A DNA stretch of 63,964 bases, from NCBI GenBank assembly GCA_964106915.2, contig OZ066914.1; one strand, 5' to 3'. Origin of the DNA: Podarcis gaigeae. Taxonomy: Eukaryota. The notes beneath the pieces are model-generated. The model was given only the letters and a program-made list of their open reading frames with translations, made no database searches and had not been told where the DNA came from. Of this stretch, positions 22,776-36,565 are shown in pieces (the first letter of the stretch is position 1; each line of letters begins with the position of its first letter). The translations under genes were made by a program, and so were the position numbers.

Positions 22776-23852
22776 TTTAGTATACGCGCGAAGGCTGGAG
22801 CAACGCGTAATCGTGGTCTTGCGCGGTAGAGTTTGGGAGTGGAGTGGGTGGGTTCGGTTTCCACGTTCTGCAGAATGGAACGCTGAAATCTAACAACTAA
22901 GGTTTGTCCTGGACTACACCACACCGGGGAGGAGGCATTCTTCAAGCATGCATTCAGAAGAGTGCGGGAATAAAATAAAACAGACCCCATTTGCAACCTG
23001 AAGTAGTGCAGCCTAGGAAAAGTTTTACCTCTGCGCGGAAAATGGAAACAAATAAAATGCCTCGCATTCCTCATTACCGAGGAAGCCCCGCTTAGAAATA
23101 AATCATTCACTTGGAGGATTTAAATACGCGCGCGCGCAATTAGACTCTTTCCTCCCCCCGCTCCGCCCACGTAAATAACTTTATAGGAAGGGTTACAAGT
23201 ATTTACACATCCAGCCCTTTCAGCTTTGACTGAAGCTCTTTGGCACAGCCCAAATGAATGCAGTTCAAAGAGTCTTTGGCAAAGGCAGCCTTCCTTCCAA
23301 GAAGCTAAAAACAACAACAACTACTGTGCTAAATGACTTGGCATTTATTTTCTCTTCTTATTTTCTCCCCATTTGCTCGAATGTGTCGTGCCCTTCCCTC
23401 CTGCAACCTCCTAGCCCGTGCCAAAAATCCCCAGCGGTCCAGCTTAGCTCCACAGACTTTCCAGGACAGAAAATAATAGAAGGCAGCTGGCAAGCTAGAG
23501 ACCGTGCACACAGCAGAGAGACGGGCGAGGGCAAAGGGGGCTGGGCTGGGGGTTAGCACTGGAAGTCTGGACTAGGCGATTGAGGTTGACTCCGACCTGA
23601 ACACAGGCCCCTGTCAGTGCCACCAGTGGGACTTAACTTCCAAGGAACTGCTCAGGATGGGTGATATCAGTTCCCCGTCCCCACCATTTCGAAACACACT
23701 TCGGACGGGAACTAGTCAGGGGGAAGCACTTTGGCACCCATATCCTATGCCTGAGTGGGCGTCAAGTAACTTCGACACAGAGCAGACCCAGTGAAATAAA
23801 TTTACTCAGGTTAGCCATGTGCATTTTTTCCCATGGGCCTAACATTGGATAA

Positions 23853-24202
23853 GGGACACGGGTGGCGCTGTGGGTTAAACCTCAGAGCCTAGGACTTGCT
23901 GATCAAAATGTCGGTGGTTCCAAACGCCGCGACAGGGTGAGCTCCTGTTGCTCGGTCCCTGCTCCTGCCAACCTAGCAGTTTGAAAGCACGTCAAAGTGC
24001 AAGTAGATAAATAGATACCACTCCGGCAGGAAGATAAATGGCGTTTCCCTGCGCTGCTCTGGTTCACCAGAAGTGGCTTAGTCTTGCTGGCCACATGACC
24101 CGAAGCTGTACACCGCCTCCCTCGGCCAGTAAAGCGAGATGAGCGTCGCAACCCCAGAGTCGGCCATGACTGGACCTAATGGTCAGGGGTCCCTTTACCT
24201 TT
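23853..24202 (+). mobile_element. Sauria SINE, full length
   Basis: GGGACACGGGTGGCGCTGTGG head to CCTTTACCTTT tail; 14-bp TSD CCTAACATTGGATA (23838-23851 / 24203-24216). Confidence 0.92.
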
Positions 24203-24879
24203 CCTAACATTGGATACAACCTCGCGCGTCTCTACGGGAAAGCATGCCCTCCTGAGTTCAAGTGAGCCACTTTCTCTATAGCTCACCATGTCGTGACGTT
24301 TTGGTTGGTCCTAACAGACGCAAAGATTTTGGCATTATTGTCAAGCAAAAGGCTGCTGCTTTTACGGATTGGTTGTTGAACTCAATTGAATTCTAAATCT
24401 CTTGGGGTGGGTAGTTTTCAATCACTCTGCTCAGCCCCATTGCCTTTGGTGGAACTCTCCCACGAGAGGTATGTGACGATTGGGTGCCAAACCAGTACTT
24501 TCGATGCTAAGTACTGTACGCTTACTTGGCAATAGGTCATATGATATTGGACTCCGGTGGGACTTCTTCTGAGTAACTACGCGTAAGATCAGGTTAGAAC
24601 AGCCAGAATGCTACAATACTAAACGGAACTGAAACCCACCCTGCGCTTGTATCCTGTGGCGCAATGGGTTAGTGCGCCTGGCTGCTAACCAGAAGGTTGG
24701 TGGTTCGAGGCCACCCAGGGATGGCTGTGGGCGGGATTCGTCCTATTGCACAAGGAATTGAACTATGAACCTCGGGGTTTCGTTCAACTCTATGACTCTA
24801 TGTTTCCCTGTCCCAAGCAAACTGACCACTCTCCGATCCTACTTCTGACCTTTACTTTTGTGTTTAAGGTAGGATGTTA

Positions 24880-25105
24880 CAGTGGTACCTCGGGTTACAG
24901 ACGCTTCAGGTTACAGACTCCGCTAACCCAGAAATAGTGCCTCAGGTTAAGAACTTTGCTTCAGGATGAGAACAGAAATCGTTCTTCAGCGGCGTGGCGG
25001 CAGCAGGAGGCCCCATTAGTTAAAGTGGTACTTCAGGTTAAGAACAGTTTCAGGTTAAGAACGGACCTCCGGAAGGAATTAAGTATTTAACCCGAGGTAC
25101 CACTG
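24880..25105. mobile_element. Tc1/mariner (Tigger-like) MITE
   Basis: CAGTGGTACCTCGGGTTA ... TAACCCGAGGTACCACTG perfect TIRs; TA TSD. Confidence 0.88.
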
Positions 25106-28100
25106 TACTTGGGTTCCACCAAGTGAAACATCCTTCTACATAATTGCGGGTTTTTTTATTTAAAAAATTAAAAATATGGGTGTCTCCTAACGGCATCTAG
25201 TGCACATGTGTCTATGTCCTAATGCCTCTAAATAAGTGCTATTTTGAGAAGGGAATTTAATGAATATAGATGTTTCTACTGATTAAAGGACCACGGAGGG
25301 GCATTCATTACTGGGGACGTTGTCTTAAACGTGAATTGGGGGTGATATATGTCACTTGTATTTTGAATCAATAGAAACGTTATGATTTGTTTCCTTGCCT
25401 GTTTATTTTTATTGCGGGGGCAGCATCAAGAGATTTATTAGAAAGCTGAGAACGACCCTCACAGCACTTGCACGTGGAAAAAAATTCCAGAAAGGAGACC
25501 ACATTTAATCTGCAGATGGACCAGTGGTCATTTGCATGCAACTAATTATTATTCCCAGTGTTAATCAAGATAGCGTTTAGAAATAATACTACTGGTGTAA
25601 ACACCCTTGTGAACCCTTTACAGAAAACCGCTTTTAGCTGGTAAATAATGAATTTGGTTCGGTAATGTAAAGTATGAAGACTCCTGTCAAAGCCCTATTA
25701 TATGCCACTAATATTTTCCCAAAGTTGCCTGGCTGCGAACTAGCGAACTTCGAACTAGCCCTGAGTCCAGTGAGTGATATTCCGATCCAGGCCAACTTTG
25801 CTTTGAAGTATATCCCCTAGATTTTAATAAAACTGACTTCCAGGTTTTGGATCGCGATGTCAATCATCTTAAATGACACGGCGATACTTCAGTTTATCTC
25901 CGCGGTGGATCGGAGCGGGTTTTCTCAAGCCGCCTTTCTTTCCAAGAGGTCGGCCACGTGACTAGCTGAATAAATTCTGGAAAAGCTGAGGAGACGCTGC
26001 AGGGTCTATTTAAGCAGAGCTATTTTACAAATGGAGGCAAATAAAGCCGCACATTCGGTTACCATTGCAATTGATGTGAAATTTCAGAAAGGCTTATATA
26101 CACCTTCGTTCGTAAACGGATGGCGTGATCTGCGTCTCGGTCATTCATCCTTCCTAACTGAACACGCTGCCACTTACTCCTTGAGTAAACATGCATAAGA
26201 TTGCGCTGCAATTTATTTATTATGCTAGAAATCGAAGAAATATCCAGCTATCTTCCTGTGCAGCCCGACCCCTATATCTGTTTATCCTGCTATGTTCAAT
26301 GGGACTTAACACGCACATTTACTTGGGAGTAAGCCCCAGTGAAAACAGAGGGCTTGCTTCTGACTAAACATGTATAGTATAGGATAGGACAGCCTCGAAT
26401 TACCTTAAACCAAAGAGGGGAAGAGGGCTTAAATTTGACTGGATTGGAACCAGTAATAGAATCCCTGCTTTAAGGGATTTTAACGTCCTCATTCACACCC
26501 ACCCGATCCAAAAGACATTGGGAAGAAGAAGCATTCTAAAGGCAGGATCCTCTCCAGCACTCCTCCTCCTCCTGGGTTTCATGCTAGTTAGGTGCTACTC
26601 AAGCCGGATCGGCGGATCCTGTGTATTTGACAAGGAAGGAAGCCTAGCGGAGTTCAATAGGACTTGATCCTAAGGAAGCGTTCGCCGGAGTGCAGCCTTC
26701 CATGAATCAGAAAGGAGTACTAATCAGCCTTGGCAAGTATCTGAAATGCTTTGTAGAACCCAAACCTAAGCATGTACACTCAGAATTAAGACCTACTGGG
26801 TTCAGGAAGCCTTACTCTAGAGTAAGTACACAAAGGCAGGAAATACACGGTCTATGTATGTATATTCACTGGGTTCAATGCGGCTTACAGTGTGAACAGG
26901 ACAATGCACGCTTAGACTCAGGAGTAAGCAAGTATATAGGACTGGAGCCTAAGACTCTCTTCTGGTCGCGTCTTGGCTACTTCAGCCCTGTAGTGCGCAC
27001 TATCTTCTGGAGCGCAAAGAGAAGGGGGAGCTGCCTTATATGTGTTTTAAGTTCTTTTCACCGGCGGCTCCTTTCTTTTATTTTTATATTTTAAAGATCT
27101 TCCATACCACAAAGGGAGGCCTCCCAGTCTAACGTCTAAATGCTACGCCGCAAATAAACCGTGCGCGCTTTTGTGCCTTGCAAGCGGAGTTTCTAAACCA
27201 AAGAGGCGCCTCTTTGCTTTGTTCCGTTGGCGACCTCTGCATTATTATTCCTGTGCAAAAATGGCTACCAGGCCCCTTTGTTTGCACACAGCTCTGTTAC
27301 AGTTGGAGAGGGAGAGAGGCAGGGGAGGGGGAAGGAGCCAACGAGAGAAGGCAGGCGGACGGGCGGGCGGGCAGCCTCTATGCAGCGGGTAGGCTGCTGT
27401 ATCATCCACGTCGCCTTGCAAATAGCTTCAGCAAAGCGTATCCCCCACTGACCCCGTCGAGGGGTGTCCTATCCGACGGACGTTGCTTAGCTACAGGGTT
27501 TACTCCAAGCCAATGAGGAAGGAGACCCGGGAAAGATGCAGCGCCTCGTTTCTTTACCTAAGTGTGGGAGTATCAAAGCCCGTCTAGGCACAGGAGGAAG
27601 ATTAGGGAACCGTCTGAAGGCCCCTCTCCTCCCATTCGGAGGGGCTTATACCTGCGAATAAAAACGGGGAGCTAAATCTAGTCTAAATGTTTGCTCCTCG
27701 CTCTGCCTTCCTCCCCTGCTTAGAACAGCCGGAGCCCTGGAATCGCCTCCGAATCGACGGGCAGGAGGCTACTACGGATCCGTGTTGGCTGCTCCTTGCG
27801 TGTCAAAACATTAGGTTCAGTCCCATGCCCGCTTCTTTCCCAGGAGTAAGTACCATGAAATGGTACTTATTTCTGAGTAGGAATGCCTAGTCCAGGAGGG
27901 TGGGGGTGGATGCCGTTCTGAAGGGAATGAAGAGGAAAACAAATGGTGACTTATGTGACTTGGTGACTTATGGGGCCGATGCCAAGCAAGTTCACTTAGA
28001 AGTCAACCCAGCTGACTTCACCCAATATTACTTTCCAGAAAGCTCTCTTAGGATTGCCCCCCCTAAAGAGAGAACTGGGGTTGTGGGGGGCATGTGCCTC

Positions 28101-29894
28101 TGATTCTCAGGCTCTCTCGCGCACACATTCACACGCACGCGGATCTTTCCTTGTCGCCCTAGCTTCTTTCTGCCCACATGCAATACCACAATAAGCCACA
28201 ATCGAGTTTACCACTTTGGGGTGCAGTGGGTAAGTCTAAATTAAAAGCGAAGGCACGCCACGCAATAAAATCAAGGGCAAAAGAGGAAGACTATTTCAAA
28301 ATTTAGACTTTGTTTCCCTTTAAGAAGGGAGAAGGGAGTTTGTTAGGGTAGCCTAGTCCCTGTTTTTTCTTTCTTTTCACCTTAACCATTGAAAAAAATG
28401 GGAGGGGGGTAATGCTGGCGTCCTCCAAAAGCACATTCTTGGCTTTGGCCAGGAATCTGGCGCAGCTAAAATGAAGATGAGTTACATTTAAAGGCAAGTC
28501 CCCGCGACCTTCCTCCTGGTGTTCTTGAAAAGACATGGGCTTAGATGCTCCTGGGGAGAAGGACTGTTGACTCTTTGTAAAAAGGGGTGTGGGGGGGGAG
28601 AGAAATATTCTTGGACCCGCTTACAGCACATTGTATTTGATTCAGATAACACCCCACCAATTCAGGAAGCTAAACGGAGCAAGATTTATGTTAGGTGTGG
28701 AAACGGGTTGTATATCATTTATGACGATCCGAAATGCGCGCGAAAGCCAAAGGGATGTTGTGCCAGAAACGTCTTTGAGCTTAAAGCAGAGCCATTAAAA
28801 TCCGTGGGAGAGTTGCCATTGACTTCTATGAAGAGTCCCTCCTCTCCTCCATCTCTCGCTCTCGGGCACGGATCCCACAGCTGTTTACTTGGAAGTAAGC
28901 GCCAATTTAATCAATGGGGCTTTCTGGCCAAGTAATTTGCTTAGCCTCGGCGTGTTCCTCCGGGGCTGGCCTCCTGAGTCGGGGGGGGGGGAGAGCCAGA
29001 AATAGAGCCAAGAGGAGACGTCGCTGTCCAGTAATTGGGTTACGCTTTAAATGGAGCCCTATGCCAATTCTAACAATATACTCCTACACAATCCCTGAAA
29101 TGTACGATTTCGAGACTCACTTATGAAGGCTATAATGTATATATGTATAGCGCAGTCTGCTCAAATCCCCATTGAGAGGGTGCCAATTGAGTGCTATGAA
29201 TATTTTGAGAAAGGCTATCCCAATTTTTCTACGTATGTACAGAACTGTGTGTGTGTGTGTGTGTGTTAGTTTATAATCCCTCCCAGCGATGCTTATAAAT
29301 TATCGTGTCCCCTTTACTTGACTTTAAGAGGGAATAATAATGCAAGCCAGCCAAGGCACCATTTGAAGTCGAGCCCATAAAACATTAAGCTGTGCATAAC
29401 ACGTTGGGCCTCCCAGTCCCGCAGACTCAGCGGATGCCTTCTGAGTGACACACCAGACCATAAAAGGCCCACAGGGTTGGACTCTTTGTGCATTGTTTTG
29501 ATTTATAGTACTATGTGAAATATGCCCTCACATGAAGAACATAAAAATAAAATCTACATGCACTATTTATTTATCAATTCAGTTGCCGGGAATTCCCTAG
29601 AAGACATATTAGAAAATCATTTTGTTGTGGTTGTAGCAGCTCACCAGTTGTGCGTATTATTAGTTATTGTATTGTGATTATTGTTTTTTTTTAATGCTGG
29701 AAGAAACAGAAACTGCCATAGAAAGCCACTTTAGATCTGGAAGTGGTTAAAATATTTCTTCATTTGAAGCTGTTTATTCTGTTTTGTTTACAGATCTACA
29801 ACACTTGGGTAAAAGTGAGATTTAACAAAACGATACATTTCCCCCTCTTCTCTCAGTTAACAACATGGTATTTTTTAAAAAAGATAACGAGGTG

Positions 29895-29897
<3 letters not shown>

Positions 29898-29943
<46 letters not shown>
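29898..29943. repeat. (TA)n microsatellite
   Basis: Direct inspection. Confidence 0.95.
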
Positions 29944-29948
<5 letters not shown>

Positions 29949-30525
29949 GTTATACTATATATATCCATATCCATCCTCGTTGTCTAGACAGACACAAATG
30001 TAGGAGTAAAAACCTCTCACACACAAAAAGAATTGCAGTAGTTGCCATCATAGGACGTGGAGAGATGGAGCTGCATTATTAGTCAAACTGAAAAGTGAGG
30101 TTTTGCTACTGTTCTGTGGGACTTCAAAAGATCTGAATCTTAACTGAGTGCTTTTTAAAGCGATAAGGGATGCTTCCTTCTGAATTAATGGGCTTGTATC
30201 GCTTCTAACGTGTACCTAATGCCACTTTCATGTTGAGAAAAGCTTTATAAAACCCAGTAAGAGATTAAATGCAACATACAAATAAAGAGGAAGAGTGGGG
30301 CGGGGGAGGATGTTTGCGTTTCCTGTCCCTTCTAGGCTCGGGGCAGAAACATTAGTTTACACAAGGATTGTACCAATGTCTGCTACAGAAGACTATATTA
30401 AATATTGATAGACCTAATTTCCTATCTCGAAAGCCATTCTGAGCATTTCAGAAGGACTTCGGCTCCTAAACCCTACCGCAGTCTTTCCTTTGTAGATACT
30501 TGATTGTCAATATTTCATTCAAAGT

Positions 30526-30585
30526 TTCTTCTTCTTCTTCTTCTTCTTCTTCTTCTTCTTCTTCTTCTTCTTCTTCTTCTTCTTC
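30526..30585. repeat. (TTC)n microsatellite in or near the HOXD3 3' UTR
   Basis: About 20 TTC units. Confidence 0.95.
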
Positions 30586-31859
30586 CCTCCCCTCCCTGTT
30601 CAGCAAAAGTAAGTTCGCGTTTCCAGTGACTTGTACAAAATTGATTTATGGTTAGCATAAATATCATATCATATAAATAATAATAATAATAATAGTAACA
30701 AAAATAATAACTGAAACAACAGTTTTAGCCTGAATCGCTAAGAAAATCCTAATTACATCAACAGTATTATATTGCTCCTAAATGTCAGTCTGAAGGTGTT
30801 GCATATTTTAGACTTTAAAATTATAAACAAGCAACCAGGCGAAATGGTGTGTGCAACAGATAGGAAGGAACCAATTTATGTATGCAGAAGTTGGTCAAAG
30901 ACCAAAGAGTCAACTGGCCACTATATAGCAGAATATAACAATATATGAGATATAAGGTAGCTTTTAATGCTAAGTAAAACCATACCAAACAATCTGAAAT
31001 AAATAAACATGTGATATATATAGATAGATATATATTAAAATAAAAAATGTATCGGCTCTTTTGTGTAATGTTTCAGTTTTTGTATTAATCTATGACTTAC
31101 AATTTGCTTAATCCTTACATAAACTACAAACACCAGCCACTGTTACAACTGTTCAAAACTACTCTTTCTATTTCAGACCAAATATACTAAATAGGTGAAA
31201 ATGTATAGTCACCAAAGACCTGAATCAATCTTCCCAAGTTAAGGGGGAAAGGGGGTGTGAAGAAACTCTACAAATATCCACATAAATACATTGAAGACCA
31301 GGATTAAATAATCAATGATACAAAAAAAAAGAGTTCCTCTTAAAATAATAAATACATCTTATTTAAGTCCAAAGCAATCTTTCACATTACTGGAGAAAAA
31401 AAATCTTATAAATTATAACTCTCGAAGTAAGTCTCCGTTTTGGTCCCAAATGTTGTAAACGCCTCATCAGGACTCACTTTCGCCGAGTTCTAATGGATTT
31501 CTACAACTTACCTTCCAGTACATCGTTACCAATTATTACTCCCTTAAGGGAATGATTAGATTTATTTATTTTTGTTAAGGATATTGCACTGCCATGCTTT
31601 TAAACGGCTAAAACATTTAAGAGGACAACAAGGGGTGGGGGGTGGGGCGGAAATAATTCTCATGGACTCGGTCGCCAAAGAAAACAAGAAAAAGGTAGCT
31701 TCTACCGGGGACACACAAAAAAACCCACTGTAATACTCAAAGTAATACTGCAACGTCAGGGGCAAAGTGAGGTAATTTAAACGCGAATGCATTTCAATCT
31801 CTCTCTCTCGCTTTCTTTCTCTCTCTCTCTTTCTTTCTTTCTGAACGCGTTTCAGTCTA

Positions 31860-32608
31860 CTACAGATGCGTCAGTTTGGGCGCCTCCTGAATCCTTCCCT
31901 GAGATGTGTGGTGAGAAGTGAGATCTGTGTACGTGGGATGGGGGTCACAAGGTCCATGGTGATGGTTGCCTGGGATCTGAGCAGCGCAGCTGTAGTCCAC
32001 GCTGGCAGATGAAGGATGGGAGAGGTGGCCGATGTTGAACATGGGGCCAGAGGCTGGCATGGAATCAACGAAGTTCCCTCCGACATAGACGGGGCTGCCC
32101 TGCAAATTGGGGTTGGCGAAGCCGCCGTTGCTTTGCATGGCGTGATGGTCGTACTCGGCGCCTGGGTATCTCTTCTGCTGGGGCAAGCAGCTGCTGAGAG
32201 GCGCCGTGTAAGCCGCCAGCCCGTACATGTTTTGCTGCGATTTGGCAAAGGACGTCGGCGACGGGGCGTCGTAGCTCAAGCTGTTGACGGTGGGCAGCTG
32301 GCTGGAGTATCCTACATGGTTGGGCCCGCTCAAAGGCGGGCTCCGGTCTGGGGACTGCCCTACCGGGGAGTGCATAATTCCTTTCGCTTTTTGGTCTTTT
32401 TTGTACTTCATCCTCCGGTTCTGGAACCAGATTTTGATCTGGCGCTCCGTCAGGTTCAGCAGGTTGGCCATCTCCACCCGGCGAGGGCGGCACAGATAGC
32501 GGTTGAAGTGGAACTCCTTCTCCAGCTCCACTAGCTGCGCGCTGGTATAGGCGGTGCGGACCCGCTTGGAAGCGGGGCCCGGGGGGCTTTTGTCCTCGCA
32601 GTTCTCTC
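31860..32608 (-). CDS. HOXD3: Homeobox protein Hox-D3, coding exon 2 (homeodomain)
   Basis: Acceptor ttttggacag|; [73 protein letters not shown]...QEAPKLTHL*; 556+749=1305 nt, 434 aa. Confidence 0.97.
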
Positions 32609-35560
32609 CTGTCCAAAAAGGAGAGAAAGAAGAAAGAGAGGAGGTTGGCTGGCTGGCTGGCTGGCTAATTTACAAAGCCTGAGAGTATTAACATTGCAGC
32701 GGCCGGGGGAGGGAGGGACGGGGGAGGGACGGGAAATGCTTTGGTACTCCGGGGCAGCAGAGGACTAGGTGCTAATTTTGCGGGGCGCGGAGCGAAAGAG
32801 GCGCACAAATCGCTATTATCACGCCGTTCCCACACTGCGGGAGACCTGCCCGAATTGGTATTATCCTCTATTTGTGGAACATCTTTAGCTGTTCACGATC
32901 TTCTTTTTTCCTGAAGGTCCCTCTCTTCCTGAAATTCTAACCCATCCACACTCCACTTTCCCCAAAGTATTAAATCTGGACATTCAAAGCGAACTGAAAC
33001 AGGACGGGAAAAGGACCAGGATATGTCCTCCCCGTGCACAATTGCCATTAATTAGCGAGGGTCGTTGCCTCATATCCGCACGGGAGAGGCGTGATTTAGG
33101 GACAGGGTGATCCAAACGACACTTCCCCCAAATCCTTCGATTTCATTGGATTTTATTTTATTTTCTTGAGACGGGCGGTGCTACAGTCGAGGTTTTCAGC
33201 TGCGGACAACACTCCCTCCCTCCGTCGCCCAGTGTCTACAATGAGAATGGGGTTCGATCTCTCAACTCCGGGGTTCTCAGAGGGTTAGGAAAGTTACAGT
33301 TCCAGATGAGAGAGCTGTAAATCATCTAACTTAATTGGAAGAATCGATCGATCCCTGACAGAGCCCAGGAAGGTTCTCTTGGCTGGTCCCAAATAGGAGC
33401 AGGCCCCGGCCTCCAAACTTGGAAGACAATGGAGCCGCCGCCGCCGCCTCTGGTACAGCTAACAAGAGAAAATCAGGCGCGTTCATTAGGTCCGAGGCGG
33501 TGCTCTAACTAGCAAGGCAACAGAAGTGGGGAATCCCATAGGAAGAGCGCCGGGCGCGCGGGGTGGGGGAGAATCTGGGTTTACAACTCTCCACGCTCCC
33601 CTTCCCCAGGAAAGTTGGCAGCAGCCATTTCAAGACAAGGGAGAAGGTCGCAGTGGTTGGATCTGCGACCACGTCAGCGTGTCTGCATAATAAACACATG
33701 TTTTGTTAGACTGCGTGTTTGCATTTTGTACACACCTTTGACACTGCTCGGGTTTAGACAGTCTGTAAACTTTCTGCATGCCAAATAAGGGGAGGAATGC
33801 TTGGGTCTCCACCTTGTCACCACCAAGATGGTTTCAGAGGACAGAGTCGCCAAAAGCAGGCCACACACGCTTGGGGACAGAAGGTCTCAGAAGGTGATGG
33901 ACCGCTACTGTTTATTTGTGATGGGGGAGTTATAACTGATTTGATACTTTTATTGCTTTATTGTGCTTATTGTAAATCGCTCTGTAGTTTTTTTAGAATG
34001 AAGAGCGGTCTAAACGCTAAGTAAGTAAGTAAGTAAGCAAGCAAGTAAGGGACAGAGGGAGGGAGGGACAGAGGGAGGGTGGTCGGTCCACTCTGGATCT
34101 GGAGAAGAGACCGGCCTGCTAGAATATAGATGGGGATTTATTGGTTCATTGTTTCTTGGAATCTGATGTAAAGCACCATGGATAAGTTACAAAATGGTGG
34201 GAATTGTGGGAAGAAGGAAGCTCTATGGTCTGTGGATGACTGCAATGTGCCAGAAGAAAGCTGGACACTTGGAACGCAAATTGGTGATATTGTATGTTGT
34301 AGTGATTTTCATTTTTTATTGTGTTGGGCATTTGCATTTTGTACACTTTTTGGATATTTCTTATGTTTAGCAATTTTTAAAGTTCTTAAACAAATGACAC
34401 TTTCAATAAAGAAGACACCTCTTAAAATAAGACTTCTAGCAATGCATTTTGCAGTGGGGATCCTTGCGAGCCTAAACTTTGAAATGACAAAAGAGCAGGA
34501 GTTTGTCAAATTCCATTCCCCACCCTTGCACTTTTATTTAATTTTTCTCTTCCTACCCCAGACTAAAATCCTTACTGAAGACCAATTCCCATCTATTTAA
34601 ATGAGACTTTACCCCTTAAATGCACTTGGGTAACTAACCTCTTTGAGAAGGGGCAAGGGAAGGGCAATATTAAAGGAGGAAATCTTTCGGCTGGTGCAAT
34701 TTCTATATGAAATCATCAGTGTAGGCTTTGAAGTTGCACAGAATTCGCCCTCTGGCTGAACGTTCAAATGACAGCTGCAGGGGGGAGGAAATAAATGTTG
34801 CCAAGACAAGTCATTCCATTTGCATGGCTCTCCCCAAGACCAGCAAGATGTTTCCAACTCACTAGTATCTTGCAGGGCTGGGGGAGTCAGATAAACGTCA
34901 CAGCCTGGTCTCTGATGTTCTAGATGGATCTCCTCCCTTCAATATTGGGGGGGGGAGTTAAAAAGGGGGACTGTGTACACCCATATTAATGACTACTAGT
35001 CATGAAGGTTCTGCACTACCTCCAAGTTCAGGAACAGTTTGCCAATTATTGGGTAAGATGGCAAAAGAAGGCTCTTGCTGCTCTGTGCTGCTTGGAGGCT
35101 TCCCATTGTCATTGGTTAGACACTGCAGGATGCAGCATGCTAGACTAGATGGGCCTTTGGTGTGCTGGTGGAGGGGAAGGGGATTAGATTCATAGACCCA
35201 TAGAGTTGGAAGGCACCCTAGGCCAGGGTTTCCCAAACTTGGGTCTCCAGCCATCATCACTAACTAGCAAGACCAGGGATGACCAGTGGTCAGTGATGAT
35301 CCCTGCAATACAGGAATATGCAGCTGTCCAATATATGGATTGAACTTGCAACCTTGGCATTATCAGCACCATGATCACACAAACTGAACTATCCAGGCTT
35401 AGCCTTTTTTGTTACTGTTTTCAGGGGTTTTTGTGATGTATTTTGTGCTTTTACGTTGTTGTTTTTAGCTTGTGAATTGCCCTGAGCTCTATAGGTGACC
35501 AGTTTGGTCCATCCAACCCAAACCCAGACCACTGGGGTCGATCCACTTCATAGCATTGTC

Positions 35561-35752
35561 TATAGGAGCAAACTCCTAAGGGCCATAAAAACTCCATAAA
35601 ATATTTGAGGGGGCTGCCTCCACAAGTTGATGGATATTGCCATTCAAATGGTGTGTGTGCGCACCGCATCTTGTGAATGATTATGCAGGGTGGGGCTTAC
35701 CTGGGTGTCTCCCTCCTTCCACCCCAATATTTTATTCAGGTTGGCACCCCTG
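35561..35752 (-). mobile_element. hAT-type MITE (family A) in the HOXD3 intron
   Basis: TATAGGAGCAAACTCC...TATTCAGGTTGGCACCCCTG. Confidence 0.72.
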
Positions 35753-36009
35753 AAATTGCCTAAACCCTGATTGGCAGCGGCTCTGAACAGCACCACTGAG
35801 CGAGGCACTTGGGAATCGAACCTGCGACCTTCCGCATGCAAAGCGGGGCTACAGCCCCTCCCTTGGCAGGACTCCTGCTGCTGCTGCTCTCTTTCCTGCC
35901 TCCTGCTCTCTGATTCGCGGTGTGTCTGGACTGGAGCAACCAAGGGAAACCCCCTTGAAGGGCACAGAGGGCCTTGCTGCTCCCCAGGAGGTGGAGCTCG
36001 ACTGGGTAC

Positions 36010-36565
36010 CTGCGGGGGCGCAGCTGCTCTTCTGCTTGGAGTTCTGGCGGGACTCCTTCATCCAGGGGAAGATCTGCTTGCTAATCGTGGCCGCCGAGCC
36101 GCCCGAGGCGTTGGCCCCGCCTTTGCCCTTTTTGGCGGGAACCGAGTGGGCGGGGTTGCTGCTGGGCGGCGAGGGCGACGGCAGCGCGGGGGGCGGAGCC
36201 TGTTGCTGAGGCGGCGGTTGCTGCTGCTGCTGCTGTTGCTCGGCTAGGCCCGGCGGCTGCTGAGGGCCTCCCTGGGCGCCTCCGGCGGGGCGCATGCAGC
36301 TGCCGCTCAGCTCGGCGCTCTTGTGGGCCGGAGGCGCCCGGATGGCGGCGGCGGCGGCTCCTTGGAGCGAGCAGGCCGAGCCTGGGTAGTCGGTGTCCAG
36401 GGCGGGCTGGGCGTAGGGCTGAGGAGGGCCCGGCGGGTAGCCGTAGGCGTCCGCTTTGCTGTAGCCGCCGTAGGCCCCGAAGAGGCCCGCGTTGTCGTAG
36501 TAGGCGGCCTTCTGCATGGTGGGCTCCGCCGTCGCCAAGGCCTCGGCAGCCCGCTCAAATAACAT
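36010..36565 (-). CDS. HOXD3: Homeobox protein Hox-D3, coding exon 1
   Basis: MLFE...[11 protein letters not shown]-terminus characteristic of HOXD3; hexapeptide [17 protein letters not shown]; donor GCAG|GTACCC at 36010/36009; 556 nt; acceptor ctcttccag| at 36643 implies an upstream non-coding exon. Confidence 0.96.

Noticed and set aside
24653-24722. tRNA-like sequences (also at about 2075, 14860-14925 and 35810-35860)
   Set aside because: SINE heads followed by SINE bodies or CR1-like tails, with no intact cloverleaf; not tRNA genes
32016-32616. Overlapping 172-aa (+) and 183-aa (-) ORFs
   Set aside because: Alternate-frame and antisense shadows of HOXD3 exon 2
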